Assembly (NCBI GenBank): GCA_900617105.1
Contig: UYFQ01000509.1
Span: 62,001-126,000, forward strand
Length of the DNA: 64,000 nt
Source: Hydrurus foetidus
Taxonomy: Eukaryota
Reading direction: 5' to 3'
Of this stretch, positions 1-13,900 are shown piece by piece; the first letter of the stretch is position 1; each line of letters starts with the position of its first letter. Both the position numbers and the translations under genes were made by a program. The notes under the pieces are model-generated. The model saw only the letters and a program-made list of their open reading frames with translations. It was not told the DNA's origin and ran no database searches.

Positions 1-67
1 CACACTATGAGAAATATAAAAGTACATCAACAGGTGTTATTATAGCATCATAATCCATACGACTTAC

Positions 68-3000
68 AGTGCTGATGATTGGTGTGTAGCATGTCGTTGA
101 GATGGCGTGCCCTCTCTACACACGATGGATAGCATATGCAACATACGATGCAACAATCTCCCTCCACCGTTTCCATTTCCGTTATTATTGCCATTTCCGT
201 TATTACCGTTCTGGTTATTACCGTTTTGGTCAACATTGTCACTGCACATTTTACTAACGATAATATTTCCCAATATTTTCTGCCTGCCAAATATCGTACG
301 TCCATTCTGTACGGACACATTCTCCTCTCTCTCCTTTTCTCTATCTTTTTCTTTATCTCTGTTTTTGCCCTTTAGGGTGAGTAGTAGCGGCATATCAAGT
401 ACGTCATCATCGACATTGTGTGACGTCACAGATGCAGAGCAATTAATGAAAGAACTCAAAGTGACAAATATTTCCGCATCTAAATATCTCCAATCAGCGT
501 CTATTACTCCACTTGTGTCTGCTCCAACTTCAACTTCAACATTGTTTTCAAGCGTGGCGGATAATTGATTAAAATGATGAGAAGATCTGTCAGCCGGTCC
601 TAATGTCAGACAATCCAATAGTAGGGAAGGAATCTGTTGCGACAGAAGCATGTTCAGAGATTCTGCATAAGACCATTTACTGTTTTTTTGTCCGTCTTTT
701 AGACCGAATCTATTCGACCCCCTGTTTCTCTCATTGTTCTGATCGCGATTTACATCCCGTTTTGAGGGCAAAAAACAGTCAACCGCTCTTACAACAGATG
801 ATAGCAGTTGCACTGTAAGACATTGCTGATCAGATCCCAGAAAAAATATGTCCGATAATACCGTATCCGGTCTAAGATCCACGGTAGTATCCGGCCGATT
901 ACGGCAATTTAGTACGTCAGTAATGAGGGATACAATATACCATCTGTCCACATTGGTCAACTCCTCTCCAAAGGGGGAATTCAGAATGGCAATTATGAGT
1001 GTGATAATGTCGTGCAGTGCGGTGCACCACTGTGCACTGCATCGAGATTGTATAGAGCCATTAGAGCCCTTTTGAGAAGTTATCAAATGCACGATTAACT
1101 CTCCTGATTTTAGTAGTATGGGAATATGACTGCAAACTAGCCGCGTAACTTTTGTGACAGAAGATGAGATTCTTTCTTTGTTATAATCTCCATTGACTTC
1201 TATAACACATCGGTCTACAGCAGCTTTGCTGATGCAAATGGCGTACTTAAAAGCAGTCGCTGTCTTAATGTAATCCAGCAATATCAAGGCGTCTCTGTTA
1301 CTCTTGTCCACTGCCATAACTTGATCGATTAATCGGGCGTATTTGCATGTGTATTCATCATCAGATAAATCGATTAAAAAGTTCTCAGATGTCATTTCTC
1401 TTCCTTCTCTCCATATCACAGAGTTGTGTAATTTCTCCCAGTATAAAACATCAGCTGCGAATGTCTTTCCTTCCTTTTCTGATGTGACTTTTCCAAGGGG
1501 TTGAAGATCGATGTCCATGATAGAAACGGAATCTCTACTCTGTGCCAGTAATTCACGTGCGTGTGTATTGCCTGATGGACTTACGTCATCATCATCTTCA
1601 TATGCATCCACTGAATAATCCTGAGAGACTGAATTTGTCAATTCTTTTCTGTGCATTTCGCCATTTCCTTTATTCCCTTTCTTCTCGTGAGTGCTATCAG
1701 TTCTACTTTCATACCCTTCTTTGTTTTCTTCTTCCACTTCTGGAACCACCTCACTCTCCTGCTCAAAGTCAGATGAAGAAGCTGCGTACGACTCGTACGT
1801 ACCACTAGCGCCACTTAAGTTATTCACGTGAGGGCTACCATCGCTCTTGATAGATGACTCATTCACCCTATTGTCCTCCATCTCATAGCTGTTGACACTG
1901 TCATTCCTTGCCACGTTACGGTTGGCACCATTTCTCCTATTCTCTTCCTCAAGTGACGCTGCTCGTGCTGCTGCTTGTGCCTCCATTTCTCTCTCCCTTT
2001 CCTTTTCTCTTTCTCTGATCTTTAATTCATTTATTCTAACAGATTCTTCAATGGCAAAATCAGCTCTTCTTTTCTGCATTCTTTTCTCTGCATCGACTTC
2101 TGCTCTTTTCTTCGCACCTTGATCCCTACATAACGCCCGTTCTTCCCTTAACTTAGCAGCAATACGTAGAGCAGCTTGTGCATGTGGCAGAATGCTATTA
2201 GTACTATTTCCGTCTTCATTCATAGCGTAACTGCCGTCCTGATTATGTCTTATTCTCATCGTGCTGAACATACTCTCTTTGTCATTCGCTGCACCCATGA
2301 TACTTTCCAATCGAACTCTTGGTCCGCCCTGACCCCCACACGAAGCATAGTGACTTTTTTCTTGTCGAGAATGGTCTCGGTCCGCTTCTGTTTCTCTCAC
2401 GAAGGGGTGGTCCAATAAATGGGGCCACGTTAGTCTTCTGGCTGGATTCTTCTGCAGAAGGCCTTGTAGGAATGTTTTGAATTCTCGAGAAATATCCTGC
2501 GGGTATTTAACCGGATCTTTGACAATGTGGTTGATCAGGGAGTATATACTGTTGGTGTAGAATGGAGGCTGACCCACGTATAATTCGAACAATATCACTC
2601 CAAGACTCCAGAGATCTGACGTGGCATCATACGGCTGTTCTTTCACCAATTCCGGAGACATGTATAGAGGGGTGCCTTTTATTGATGTAAGAACTATCGT
2701 GTTTGTTGACATTGCTCTGGCAAATCCAAAATCACAGAGCTTTATTCGACCGTTCGATCCGATGAGAACATTCTGCGGTTTCATATCTCTGCAGAGACAT
2801 GTTGTTCACATCGAATCATCGTTAGGAAAGACGATTTTAGATGCCAGAAAAGATTTCAAAGACAGTAGACGTACCTATGGATAATGCGGTTAGAATGCAG
2901 ATAATGAAGTGCTTTCACAAGCTGCTTCGCTATCTGTTGTACTGTACTCTCTGGCAGTCTCTGATCGTCCTGGAGTATGTCGAAAAGCTCTCCTTGAGCA

Positions 3001-3433
3001 TACTCAGTGACGACACAAAATTCTCGGTCTGTCTCAAATGCATCGAACATGAGAATTATATTTTCGTGATTTAGCTTTCTCAAGATTCCGATCTCCTGGC
3101 GGAGGTTGCGAACATCTTTTTCGCTTTTGCCGTGCTTAGATATGAATTTCATTGCAACAGTGAAGCCAGTATTCTTGCGCCTCGCCTGTGTAATAGTGGG
3201 AGCCACACGAGAGATAATCAGTAAGTTTTATCAAGCAAATTGGTACATGCAAGACATGTCAGGAAGCCGAATTGCATACCTTGTAAACTTTCCCGAAACT
3301 TTGAGCCGAATTTAGTAAAAGTGAGGAATTCGAAGTAAGTGATAGTTAGAGCATACTTCTTTAGACAAGTCAAGCAGGTAGGTCGAGCTAACCTGCCTTC
3401 CCCAATGTGCTCGAGCACGAGGTAATTTTCCAT
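68..3433 (-). CDS. Fused/TIO (STK36-like, ULK family) Ser/Thr kinase; 3' end probably continues left of the window
   Basis: Inferred exons 3433-3393, 3298-3280, 3185-2875 and 2788-68 join in frame. They give [78 protein letters not shown], which are Fused/TIO hallmarks. A GTAAGT donor at 67 suggests further exons. Confidence 0.9.
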
Positions 3434-3906
3434 CTTACAAGGTGTGTAAGACTGAGTTATAAGAAGTTGATTCGCTCCTACGCCGTGATTTCTCGCTTAA
3501 CATGAGAGGGCGTCGCAAATTTCAGAGCAGAACAGGCATCAGTAGCCATGCGTGATCAGAAGATCAACTACTACCACTCTGGACGTGGGAGTGACAGCAT
3601 AGAAACTTAGAAATACCCGATGTGAGATGTGATGATTATTTGAAAAATGTACAGTAACGAAATGCGAAATAAATGCAGAAATGCATCAAGATGGAGACAA
3701 AAGTGAAGTCGAAGTGAGAAAAATGCTAAGAGCACAATTGAATTGGAACAATCAGAACAGAATAAAAGAGACGAAAACTTCTTGCCAAGTCCAGGTAGCC
3801 CCGCAGAATTGCTTGGAGAGTCATTGCCTCAACAATATTTCTGGAGACGTTGTCTCGTTTTCTGATTTATTGACATTGGAGTTAGGAGTCAGAATACATT
3901 CCGAAG

Positions 3907-5334
3907 ATGTCTAGCAGCAACGTCGCTCTTGCCCCATCTTCCACAAGAAACCAAGAGGGCATCGTACCATATTACGGCAGGAACTGTCTCATCGTACCAA
4001 CTGATGTCGCCTACCAAAAAGCCGTGGATTCTTTTATCGATGTCAGCACAAGCATAGCGAATATTTCGATAACAAAGAACCATCATCTATGGACTTCTTT
4101 GAGTGAAGAGTTGGGAAAGTTCAGCCAAATATTCCTTGATCCCGACACTCCTTTGATGCGCTATCAACTAGAAATCCTAGTCGACTCTATAATTCCGTAC
4201 CTACAAGATGTGAAGACTCAGATTCATACGCAGCCCACGAGATTTACTCAGATACAAGATCTGCTGAAGATCTTAAGCATGAACGATGTTTCTCCTATGA
4301 CACCGGGCACTGGTGAGAGGAGTATTCATCCCTGTCATACACTGTTGAGGATTGAATCCGTTATAGTGATCATTAATCGCGAGAGAGGTTTTTTCAAAAG
4401 CAAACTGAGCACAGCTCTGGAAAGTGGCGTCAGAAAACAATGGGCCCCTATCATATCTGACCATCAACAAGCACTCATGAGCATCGGTGGAAAGTTGTGT
4501 ATTCTGGGGCTCGTGGAGGCAGTCGGACGTCCTATTATCATGCTCTATCCTTTATTCGTGTTGACAAAAGAAGCACTTAAAATCTCCACAGAGATTGAGA
4601 CGAAAAAGAAAATTTCACTACAGTCTATCATTCAAATCGGTAAAATGCTGGTAATGCTCTTTGCAGTCTCTCAATTATTGGGGATATTATCTATGTACCG
4701 CGGCCTAGGCTACACTTGTCTTGCTCTGGGTTCTGCTGCTGTATTCGTAGGTTGCAATCATGAATTGACGAAGTCTTCTGTACCTGTGCTTGCCCCACAC
4801 ATGGTGAGCGTGAGTTTGTTCCTCGAACAACTATGTCGCATTGAGGGTGTTGCTGTTGCAGCGTTGAGTCGACTTAACGGTCACATGGGCGAGGCTTCCG
4901 ACACATCTGCCGCCACTTCAACATCAACAACAACAACAACATCTTCAGGTGGTGAAAGAATACATACTAGCTCGAGAGTAACAGAACTCCCAAGAGAATC
5001 CGATGATGGCGCTGTTGCAAACCCACTTCACGTTCCCAGCTCCAATAGCACTGTGAGAATTCCTATCGTACCGCCTTCTGTTTCAGCCGTAAAAGTTCCT
5101 TCTGTTTCAACTGTTTCTGCGGAACCGGAACAAGGTCCCGTAGAAATTCCAGACATGATAACATGGACTGATTCAGGAACAGAACCAGTTGAGGAAAGTT
5201 CCGCAGAGTGTGATAAAGATGATGAGGTTGATCAGGATGGATATGTGTTTGCTGAGCGTGACATGTACAACGTTCTCACTGCAAGACAAGATGACGTCAG
5301 TGAGGGGAACTTGAGAAGAAGACGCCAAGGATAG
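3907..5334 (+). CDS. Hypothetical protein, 475 aa, with central hydrophobic segments and an acidic S/T-rich tail
   Basis: Long intronless ATG-initiated ORF, divergent from the Fused kinase gene. No family recognised. Confidence 0.7.
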   Translation: MSSSNVALAPSSTRNQEGIVPYYGRNCLIVPTDVAYQKAVDSFIDVSTSIANISITKNHHLWTSLSEELGKFSQIFLDPDTPLMRYQLEILVDSIIPYLQDVKTQIHTQPTRFTQIQDLLKILSMNDVSPMTPGTGERSIHPCHTLLRIESVIVIINRERGFFKSKLSTALESGVRKQWAPIISDHQQALMSIGGKLCILGLVEAVGRPIIMLYPLFVLTKEALKISTEIETKKKISLQSIIQIGKMLVMLFAVSQLLGILSMYRGLGYTCLALGSAAVFVGCNHELTKSSVPVLAPHMVSVSLFLEQLCRIEGVAVAALSRLNGHMGEASDTSAATSTSTTTTTSSGGERIHTSSRVTELPRESDDGAVANPLHVPSSNSTVRIPIVPPSVSAVKVPSVSTVSAEPEQGPVEIPDMITWTDSGTEPVEESSAECDKDDEVDQDGYVFAERDMYNVLTARQDDVSEGNLRRRRQG

Positions 5335-6360
5335 CTGTTGTATTTCAGCCGAGATCAAATTGTTTATTTGCTACACTCGGTATTATTACTTCGTTATATC
5401 ATCATAAGCATACTGCACATTTTTTTAAATCTCAACTTTTATTTTCACCAATAGTATTCTCTGTCGATTGCCCATACTCTATCATTCAAAAAATATTATA
5501 CTTCAACACAGCAAAATCCTCGTGTCCGCAGTATTTTACAGCGCACACATACTATCGATATTGGACAGATTTATCGTATCTTTCTTTTTCTTTCTTTTCT
5601 GCTGTCGTTATGTTCAAGGACTACACGAGTTTCTCAATGTCGAAATTTTTCTTTGTCCACAGCCATCAAGATAGAATTGACTGCATTCTATTGTGAGATT
5701 GCAATGTTTAGATTGCGATTACAGTAGTCACTCCTCACATTGTGAGAACAAAGTAACTTCCATGGAATTTGTGCAGTAGAGTGTGTGCTCTGTGAGACAC
5801 AGTGCATTCAAACAATATGGAAGGAAGCAAATTATTGAGTATTACATCATGGGAAAAGAATTTTTGATAAAATCAATTGTGATAGGATGATGTAAGTTGT
5901 TGAATGTGAGCATGAGTCTGAACGAGGCCTAATTTCATGCAATGAGTTCCAGCAGTGACAACACCCCACAGCTCTGGGACTGAAAAATCATTTTGGTGGA
6001 TTATATACACAATGCTTGCTGAAGATCTTGATTTGAGATGACGCCTAACTTGCCAACTCGTCCGAAAGTGAAATAGATAAGATAACCAAACCGAGAAGTG
6101 GGTAACCTCTAGGGACGGCCTTCCCTAGAGGGATGAAAATTAAAAATCCACATACGTACGTACTACGTACCCACTGACTCACTCACTTTTCCTTTTACAG
6201 ATGTTTGATGACTTCGACTTTCCTTGAACTTTGAAGAACTGACTTGCCCTCTGTAGTCCCGAAACGTGTTTTAACGCGCAACGCAGTATTTCAGAGGCAT
6301 CTGACAGTTTATATCGTGGAAAATACTTAAAATTCTCCTTTCTGGATTGGTCGAGGTGCG

Positions 6361-8674
6361 ATGATTCCATTGAGTTCTTCTTTTATCTCGAAGAGTTTGG
6401 CCCAACCACCTCTGAGAAATGGACTAACTCGACTTCTTGCAAAATTGCCACAAACAACGGTTGCTGCCAGTCGCGTCATGCCGTCGGATACGGCGATACC
6501 ATTTACGCTGATGTCAGCGTTTGCGATTGCAATATCTTATGCCGACAGGTATGAGGTTAGCAGTTCTCCTCTATCGCGATGTCGTGAAGTAGTTGTTACT
6601 CAGAATTTAAAAATGACCGGATATTACTCTCTTTTAGATCAAATCTCTCAACGGCGATAATTCCGATGGCTGCTGCTTTCCATTGGGATTCATTTTTTAG
6701 TGGTCTAGTTCTCTCGTCATTTTGGGCTGGGTATGCCCTCACTCAAATACTCGGAGGAAAGCTTGCCGATAAATATGGAGGTATCAGACTTTACATCATG
6801 GCACATCACGGTCATCTTATTAATGAATTATTTCTTTACTGTATGATTATTTTAGCTGACTAGATTACTCTACTTTTAGGAGAAAAACTGCTCATATTCG
6901 CGATGTTAGTCTGGAGCACCTGCACAGCGCTCACTCCAGCTGCTGCAGGGTGGGGCAGCGTGCAAGTGATTGCAATGAGAATTCTTCTAGGTGCAGGAGA
7001 AGGTATCTATTGTCTTATGTTGTATTGACATCAGTTTCTTCATTCGCTTTTGAATCTACCTGATTTGATGTTTTTTGTTTTGTTCTGTTTTTGTTTTTGT
7101 TCTGAAGGGTTGGCTTTACCTGCGATCCACTCTATGATTCAGAAGTACGTCAGTCCTAAAGACAGATCTGCAAGTGCGTCAGTGGTGACTGCAGCCTGTT
7201 ACTTTGGAGCTCTCATCAGTAACTTGTTGTCTCCTATGATAATATCGCATTATGGGTGGCAGTCTTGTTTCCTTTTATTTGCTGCTGTTCCTCCATTAAT
7301 TTGGCTGCCACTCTGGGGTCTGACTTTTGGAAAACAATCGACTGAGATAAGTTCTATTGATGAGAACAAAAGCGATGATTTGGCGAAGAACATTCTTGGG
7401 TCTGAAAAGACAGAAACATTCTCTTCTTCTGTTGTTCCACTACTGGAAAAAATGACATCATTCGGCACAGAAAAAAGTCCACTAGGAAATAGTCCTTCAT
7501 CATCTATTGGGACATCAGTAGAATACAGTTCTCTCTCTAGCACACAAATGACGTCAGTATTAGAAAGAAAAAATGATAATCAATTCGATCAAAATAAAAG
7601 TGACGAGTTTGAAGTAGCATCAAAAACGTCGTACCAAATTGATTTCATCGAAGACACAGAATCGCAATTATTAATAAATTCAGTAAATTCAGATAGTTCA
7701 AAGATTGCAAAAGAGGATTACGAAGATGTGCTGTCAATACGTACGCTGCTAAGTGCCCGTCCTGTGTGGGCGATAATTGCCGCACAGTACGGCCAATCAT
7801 GGGGGATGATCGGTTTACTTTCCTGGCTACCTACGTACTACAGTCAACGATTTGGTGTGCCACTGGAATCTCTCTCGAAATTCACCGTATTACCGTATTT
7901 TTTACAGATGATAGTTGGTGTGTGTGCTGGCTTTGCAGCGGATAAATTAATAAGTACGGGTGTACGTACGTTACTAGTACGAAACGTTCTTCAAGTTGTC
8001 GGAATGATCGTACCTGCTATTTGTCTCGCATCATGTGCGTACTTGCCTTCTTTATTGGCGACACAAGCAGCCGGCTTGATAACATTTGGTTCAGCGATAG
8101 GCGCCATCACTGTGGCAGCAGTCTCGGTCAATCATTTTGATATCAGCCCTAAGAATGCTGGAACGATATTTGGTATTGGAAATACAGCGGGTTGTATAGG
8201 TACGTTATGTACAGAATCTGACCCACTTTATATAACCCCTATTTACAATCTCTTTTATTACTTTTTTTTCAGTTCAATTCTATTTTCAAATGAATTCTTT
8301 TCTGATGAAAATTGTACAGTTGTCTTCAAATTTTGATGCTCTCTTTTTTACTTCATTTTATTTTCATTTATTCTCAGCCGTATCCAGCAGAATTATACAG
8401 TAAAGATCCTTCTGCTATACAATGTGACAACAAAAAATAGAAATTTTCGGTTAATTATATGAGTCTGAATTCATCTAATACTTCAACTTGAAATTCAACT
8501 TCAACTTCAACAGGAGGATTAATAGCAGTACCAGGAAGTGGATTTCTATACGATCAAACCCACAACTGGAACGCTGTATTTTTGTTGTTTGCTTTTCATT
8601 ACATTGGAGGAGCATTGTTGTGGTATATTTGGTCATCCGATCAGCCGCTTAAAAGTTCAAATTCTGGAATCTAG
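6361..8674 (+). CDS. MFS anion:cation symporter (SLC17/PHT4-like phosphate/anion transporter)
   Basis: Spliced pieces give ISYADRSNLSTAIIPM, GLVLSSFWAGYALTQILGGKLADKYGG, RILLGAGEGLALPA, LLSWLPTYY and DISPKNAGTIFGIGNTAG. The last exon ends WSSDQPLKSSNSGI* with TAG at 8672-8674. The S/R-rich N-terminus may be a targeting peptide. Confidence 0.88.
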
Positions 8675-9295
8675 GTCCAAGTTTTTTACATTTTACGTTT
8701 TATATTGTTTTTTATTTTTCAATACTTTTTTAATGTTTTTCTGTAGTTCAGAATTCAATTTAAATCTCAATATTATTGAACTTTAGTAGTGGTTAGTTTC
8801 GTCATGCAGAGGATTTGAATATGTAAATTTGAATTTGTTCTGTTGATTTATGTCACTTTTTCTTTCACCATTCTGAAGATGAGGATGTACGTAGTCTGCT
8901 TTAACGGGTAAAGTGTCATACAATTTATTAAAATCTCGTTCAGATATCTCAGTTGTATCAGAATAGATGACGAAATGAGAATGCACGTAACGTACTTGCA
9001 AAGTTCTCAGTACTTACAGAGAGTCGAAGCTGAGCCACCAACAAATACGAAAATGGAAATGTACCCTGCCTCCTCTAAGCTACAATCGAATCCTCCTCTT
9101 CAAATGTTACTACGCCTTTGAGCCACCTCCAAATTAGTTAACGACCGCAACGAATTAGATTGAGGTGGTGTGGGCAGCTCTGTTGGGGTCAGAAGTAACA
9201 ACACCACGGTGTTACATTTTGAAAAAGGGTGGTATTAATAAGAGTGTTTTTGTTATTGCGTGCTGTTTGATTGATGTACTGTTCTTGACGTTTCA

Positions 9296-9436
9296 CAACA
9301 CAACACAACACAACACAACACAACACAACACAACACTACACTACACTACTCTGCACTACACTACTCTGCACTACACTACTCTGCACTACACTACTCTGCA
9401 CTACACTACATTACACTACACTACACTACACTACTC
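9296..9436. repeat. Pentamer microsatellite (CAACA / CACTA variants)
   Basis: Direct tandem runs visible in the sequence. Confidence 0.9.
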
Positions 9437-10921
9437 TGCTCTTACTGGAAGTCAATTGACATTTTGTATTGACATTTTATTATGATTTTGATTAATGCGA
9501 GGTTGAGTGCTCTGATCTGTATGCGGAAGATTCACGCCAATCTTGGGGAGCGTTGCTATTTCGTAGTACGTTATATCGACATATCAAATTTTATCGTAAT
9601 TCAAGTTTTTTTTCTTCGACACAATTTGCGATTCAAACTGTCCCCCCCGAAGTCTGATCTGATAAAAAATCATCTGCGATTGAAAATTATTCATTTTATA
9701 GTGATCATAATTATTCCGTCAAAAGTCGATGGGATTCTTAATGAGATTTAATAACGACGAAAACGTTTGAAATTTAATTTAGTGTGGCATATTTAGGTGC
9801 GACTGAGTTTAGTTTGTACTGCAAGATTGAAGTGCAAGATGGTTTATATGGAATGTCAATCCTGCGGTAAGTTGAACTTTTTCATTTATCTGCATTTTGT
9901 ACTCTACGTCGTACGTGAGCGGCCAACTACAGTGTAGCACTTGTTGTATGTCGTTCATTTTGCATATTCTCAAATCATCATTTTTCGCTATTCAATTCCC
10001 CATATCATGCAGTCGTTAACAAAAGCCTAATACTAAGACTAATTTCTAAAAATGAAATTTCCCTATTTACTCTTAATTATAAACATTATTTCTTATTTTT
10101 TCTACTGGGTTTTCACCAGTGGTGAGTCTCGGAGAAAAATACAATGCATCGCAATTGACGACTGTTTTCAATCCGGTTATTGTGCTTTTAGGGCGTTTAT
10201 GTCCAATTATGCGCATCCAGTATTGGACACACAGCCGAGTTCAGTCCTTCATTTTTCTCTCGCGACCTTCTACGTTGTTGTGATATTCCTACTATTTCCT
10301 ATCTCCTCCTTTTTGCCCTCGTCATAATTATACCGTGAACTACCGTAACCTACCGTTAAACAAACAAATTCTTACCGTTATTTTACAAGCAATATTTATC
10401 CACCATTTAATTACTACCTAATACACTAGAAATCAAAATCAATCTTAAGCTTTCTTACATCAACATGTACTCACTTTAAGATTTGCTGCCAATCCCTATT
10501 TTTTACTCCTAATCTTAATCTTACAATCAATTGGAAACTTGAATAATGTAATTTGTTGACACATAAGTTATTCATCGATCATCCGCTAGCTCCTGAATAA
10601 ATAATGTGCAACAGATCAAAAGTACCTCGCATCTTTTCGACTACTTTTGAAATTACTATCCCCTTTCCTTTTTCTCCCTTCCATCTTTACTTTTTACTTC
10701 ATGTTTATTTGATCACTTTCCCTCTATTTACTTTTCATTCTTTTATTTCGCCATTCTTTTTCAATTCTCTTTTTTACACGATTATTTCCCTTCACAATGC
10801 AGGGTATAACGTCAATGTCAAGTGCAGTCCAAAACGATCAAATGAACGACATTTCAGACTTCTTCTATTTTTCTAATCTGTCTTTTCTCTTCACGGAATT
10901 GTCAACGGAATGTTTCTATTT

Positions 10922-13900
10922 TCATAAAAATCGTAACGTGCATTTTTTGTCAGTGAAGTTCTCAATTTGGAATTTAGTTTTCGGACTCGACTTAAACCCA
11001 TGCACCCTAGTGTGTAATAAAATAGAATCGAGATGACACGCTCTCAACGGTTTTGCCAACACACAATCAGCTCCTGCTTCGAGAAATATGTTGACATCAT
11101 CATTGAGCGCGTTGCCAGTCAGACCGAATATTAATCTGTCAAACCCACATTTTCTAATTGCTGTAGTGGCATCTCCTCCATTCTATAACGAAAATGAGAA
11201 CAAGGGGGCAAATACGTATCAAGAAAATCGTCAAAAAAAGTGGAAGAAGTAGAGCAAAAAAATAAATTGGACGATAAATAAGCATTGGTAGGATGATGGG
11301 AATTTAATGCAATTTCAGATTTTGAAGATTTAGATTATAGTAATAGATGGAAATAAAAAAAAAAAGCGTGGGAGGAATAGTGAATAAATGTACTGTATCA
11401 TTAGTTTTCACTTCGATTTCATCCTTGAACAAAAGATAATAGGAGAAATTCCTGTTACACGGAGACTAGCAGTCATACGTTCGTACGTACCATGATAGGC
11501 ATAGTGTAGTCCATGAAAATGAAGTCATAAGTGTTTCCTCGTTCTTGAATGAGTTTCAAAGCTTCCAGACCGTTCTCCGCAATATCGCAGGGAATGTTCC
11601 GTCCTCTCAGTAGCATGGACAATATCTTGTTGTTCGAAGGCGTGTCTGAGAAAAGGAGTCAGAGAGATGGTGGGATAATATTATCATTTTCATTTTGCCA
11701 GTTGGTAATATTTGGTGTAAAAAGAAGAAGAAGAAGAAGAAGAGGAGGGGTTGGAAGCAAGAAGAAAAGAAAAACGATGTAGTGATGTTAGATTCAAAAG
11801 GAATAGTATAAAATAGAAATAAAAAAGTTAAAAGCCATAAAAAATACTCATAGAAAAAAACGTTGGTAGATGCGAATAGCAGAAGAAAAAGGAAATTTTC
11901 GCCGCAAATGCAATACTATTACTGACAAAAAAAAAGTGAAATTACAGTACAAAACAGATTGAATTATTGTATGAAAAAAAAATTACGTATAAAGGACAAA
12001 AAGGGAAGAAGGAATAAAATGTGAAGACTCACCGTCCACGACTAAATATTTTCTGATAGGTGTAGTAGCGTCGATTGGTGACTCTAAGTCTTGAGAATTG
12101 TGCAATAATCGGTCAGATGTGTTGTTGACCATCTTTAATAGATCGGCTGTTCTTTGTTGTCCTGGAGTGGCGATATCGAATGATATTCGGAATCCAAAAG
12201 TGCTCCCCACTCCCAAGGTACTCTCAACTATAACATGACCGCCATGTAACTTTATGATTTCATTTGCTAATACAAGCCATAATCCGGTGCCTCTTCCTTG
12301 CTCCGAATAATCTGGCCGGATTTGGCTGTAAGGTCGCATAAGTCCGTTAAGATCTTCCCGTGAAATTCCCTCACCAACATCAACAACTCGCACTTCAACA
12401 TGACAGACTTGCGAAGTCACAGAAGATTTTCTCGCTGTGTGTATAGCACTGGGATTTTTAAGCGGATCCAATTTTGGTGAAAAATTAGCACCGATTTTGG
12501 ATTTTTTGATGTCGGATGCCCCACTTACTATTTCACCGAAATAAGGTGAATTATTAATTCCAGCAGTAGCAACCGATCCTTTTCGCGAAGTTAAGTTTGC
12601 CACAGTTTTTGTATTTGTCAGATTTGATTTGTATTCGCGATTGGGATTAAAATTTTCACTTCTTCTTTCACTTCTTCTTTCACTTCTTTTTTCATTTTTC
12701 TTTTCATTTTCCGTTTCATTTTTATTTTCATTTTGAGTTTGCATTATAACTTTTGAGGACATCACTGAACACTTTGGTTTTGAAATGATATTCAAAACTC
12801 GGTGTACTCTGCTGCTTGGAAAGGGAATATCAGAAAATTTCTTGGTCATTTTGATTTTGACAACTGAGAGTGGCGAAGAGAGCTTGACGGCATTATCTAA
12901 AAAACTCATCAAAACGTTTTGAATTCGCAATCTGTCACCTATCAGTAGTGGAGTTACTTCCTCTTTGAATTCGTCACATTCACTCACATCTAATTCGAGA
13001 TGTAAGTGTTTTTGCATGACACCTCCACTAACTGCTGTGATCGCGTCAGAAATCACATTTTCCATATGAAACGGTTTCTTGAATATCTCCATTGCACCTT
13101 CCTCAATTTCATGGACAAATAGCACGTCCGTTAGAGTCTTATTTATAAATGTTGTCGCGCCATTCATCATGCTCAGTGCCTCCTTCCACTCTTCTTTGTT
13201 GTCACCTCCATTATTGACACATGACATGAAAGAATATCAGAAAAAGGAAATGATGTAATATCAGGTATTGCTATCTCGGAACAATGCAACATTTACTAGC
13301 ATTGATTGGATCAATATTCATATTGATGTGCATGTATGAATTTTGTTACATTGTATACAATAGATGTAACCAATCAACATACTTCTCTAGCGTGACCCAG
13401 GGGTTCTTTGATTTGGGTATCAGCAAAACACACACAGATTATTTCTCACAATGGATACGTCATATAAAAGCATAGCTTTTTACTAATCAACTCTAATACA
13501 AGGTTAAGACCACCATTCAATGAAACAAAAACAGTACACACACAAATTTCGAGAAATATTGTGTGTGAAAGTATCTGCGTGTTGACGTTTTCTGCTGTCT
13601 ATTTGTCGGTTGATTAAAATAAATGAAGTACACATTAATACACGAGAGTTGATCTTACCTCCGGCCTCAATAATTGCCATGCCCATGGTAATCGTGTTCA
13701 GGGGTATTCTTAACTCGTGGAAAACATAGCGTAAGAAGGTTCGTCTTGTTTCGTTTACCATCGATTCCGCATCCCTTCTGCATCGGATGTGTTCGGTTAC
13801 ACTAATCTGCTCCTCTATCAAAGCCCCTACGAAAAGAAGTTTGGCTGCCACACTCAATAGTACGAATGCCACATTTAATTGATCACGGTCCAATTTCTCG

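Noticed and set aside
8783..9001. 72-aa minus-strand ORF
   Set aside because: No recognisable motif or convincing upstream exon; it could not be supported.
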